Virus record (IMG/VR): IMGVR_UViG_3300046171_000106
Span: 1-63,196 of that record
Length of the DNA: 63,196 nucleotides
Strand: one strand, 5' to 3'
Origin: a virus
Lineage: Duplodnaviria; Caudoviricetes
Shown here piece by piece: positions 62,362 through 63,196 of the stretch. The notes beneath the pieces are model-generated. The model saw only the letters and a program-made list of their open reading frames with translations. It was not told the origin of the DNA and ran no database searches. The translations under genes were made by a program, and so were the position numbers. How positions within the stretch are numbered: the first letter of the stretch is position 1; each line of letters opens with the position of its first letter.

Positions 62362-62637
62362 TTAATACCTATTGGTTCTTTTGTAAGCTTCCAATGCTTG
62401 TTCTTCACGAATCTTATCAATCTTAATCTTTCGTTTCCAACCATTCATTTTCTTTTGTCTCTTTGCACATGGTTTTTCATAGTATCGTCTTTCACGAACC
62501 TCTGCAATGATACCATCCCTCTCTACCTTTTTCTTAAATCGTCTCATTAAGACATCAAATGGTGGTGGCCCAGATGGTTTCTTTGGTTTTCTATCCCATT
62601 CCTTTTGTCTTTGTGGTGTACGATTAAATTTCTTCAT
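62362..62637 (-). CDS. rpsU: phage-encoded ribosomal protein bS21
   Basis: F...MRRFKKKV...GI..EVR.R.YYEKP..KR core of bS21. Confidence 0.88.
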   Translation of the reverse strand: MKKFNRTPQRQKEWDRKPKKPSGPPPFDVLMRRFKKKVERDGIIAEVRERRYYEKPCAKRQKKMNGWKRKIKIDKIREEQALEAYKRTNRY

Positions 62638-62864
62638 ATTGGTAATTTACCTTTTCCTTTCTTTGTGTTTGGTTTTAATAAGTTGTAAGATAATGCATCA
62701 CTCTCTATCTTTTGTTTAAGAGGTGGAGTAATTAAGTTCTTTACTGATTCTGGGTCAAGATGTTGAGTCTCACAATAATACACGATTGCATCAATGTAGT
62801 TTAATCCTTTTTGTAAGACAAGAGTCTCAATTGCTTCTGTAAACCTTTTTTTGGTTAAAATCAT
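62634..62864 (-). CDS. gp33: late transcription coactivator gp33
   Basis: F...IE.......YIDA...YCE......V..LI...LK.KI...A...N.L. Confidence 0.9.
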   Translation of the reverse strand: MILTKKRFTEAIETLVLQKGLNYIDAIVYYCETQHLDPESVKNLITPPLKQKIESDALSYNLLKPNTKKGKGKLPI

Positions 62865-62893
62865 ATAATCACTTTTATTTTCATTACTATACT

Positions 62894-62921
62894 AGTATAC
62901 TACCGAACTGGTATATGTCAA
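62894..62921 (-). promoter_or_regulatory. sigma70-like promoter for gp33-bS21-gp59
   Basis: TTGACA-16nt-TATACT; spacer contains ATACCAGTT. Confidence 0.65.
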
Positions 62922-63196
62922 GTCTTTTTCCACTCACATTGTATATTTTTATCAAATATTTTTAAATATGTATGAAAGGGTTTTTCTGGTTCGTACCAAT
63001 CTCTGTCATATTTCAACCCATAGTATTCGAAGTTTGTAGCTTTGTAGATTGTCCCACCTTTGTCTTCTTCTGCAGCTGTGACTAAAACTTTAGGGTCTAG
63101 TAATTTGATTGCACGAGATAAGAACCATGATGTTATATTATGTTCGTCCTGTGGTTCTACTGCAAGTCTAGCTAACTCATAAAACCCTTCACATGT
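62918..63196 (-). CDS. Mom-like GNAT DNA-modification acetyltransferase, C-terminal part; not in ORF track
   Basis: Manually translated ...YELARLAVEPQDEHNITSWFLSRAIKLL...GTIYKATNFEYYG...; EL.RL, S.F.SR and G.IY.A.NF motifs. Confidence 0.7.
   Translation of the reverse strand, partial: TCEGFYELARLAVEPQDEHNITSWFLSRAIKLLDPKVLVTAAEEDKGGTIYKATNFEYYGLKYDRDWYEPEKPFHTYLKIFDKNIQCEWKKT

Noticed and set aside
1-63196. tRNA genes, introns, inteins, homing endonucleases, integrase
   Set aside because: None recognised; terminase, portal, capsid and sheath have normal lengths. A tRNAscan or Infernal run would be needed to exclude RNA genes formally.

Overview
Core virion-morphogenesis block of a lytic, AT-rich T4-like myovirus, probably aquatic or marine; the host cannot be determined from the window. 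Gene order: uvsY, gp3, head genes gp23-gp20, tail genes gp19/18, terminase gp17/16, neck gp15-13, an accessory enzyme cluster (two 2OG-Fe(II) oxygenases and an APS-kinase/nucleotidyltransferase-like fusion), a long tail-fibre region, baseplate genes gp8/7/6/25/5/53/48, gp4, gp2, gp54, gp26/51, a tape-measure-like gene, gp32, gp59, ribosomal protein bS21, gp33 and a partial Mom-like acetyltransferase. Many T4 late promoters (TATAAATA) are present. About 14 single-base frameshifts, many in essential genes and mostly at homopolymers, look like long-read consensus errors. The most striking observation is the 563-aa RP-repeat protein (19019-20710) directly downstream of a tail fibre. Its N- and C-terminal repeat arrays mirror each other in repeat length and carry complementary repeat types, suggesting a giant self-pairing beta-hairpin adhesin with a pairing code, followed by candidate modifying enzymes. 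Other highlights: a likely origin-type region near 50 kb (five TAGGAGTCCCA copies, a palindrome, TCGG/CCGA polarity switch), a phage panD cassette, a candidate -1 programmed frameshift joining gp26 and gp51, and two structured ncRNA candidates. All calls come from manual reading and motif recognition; no searches were run.
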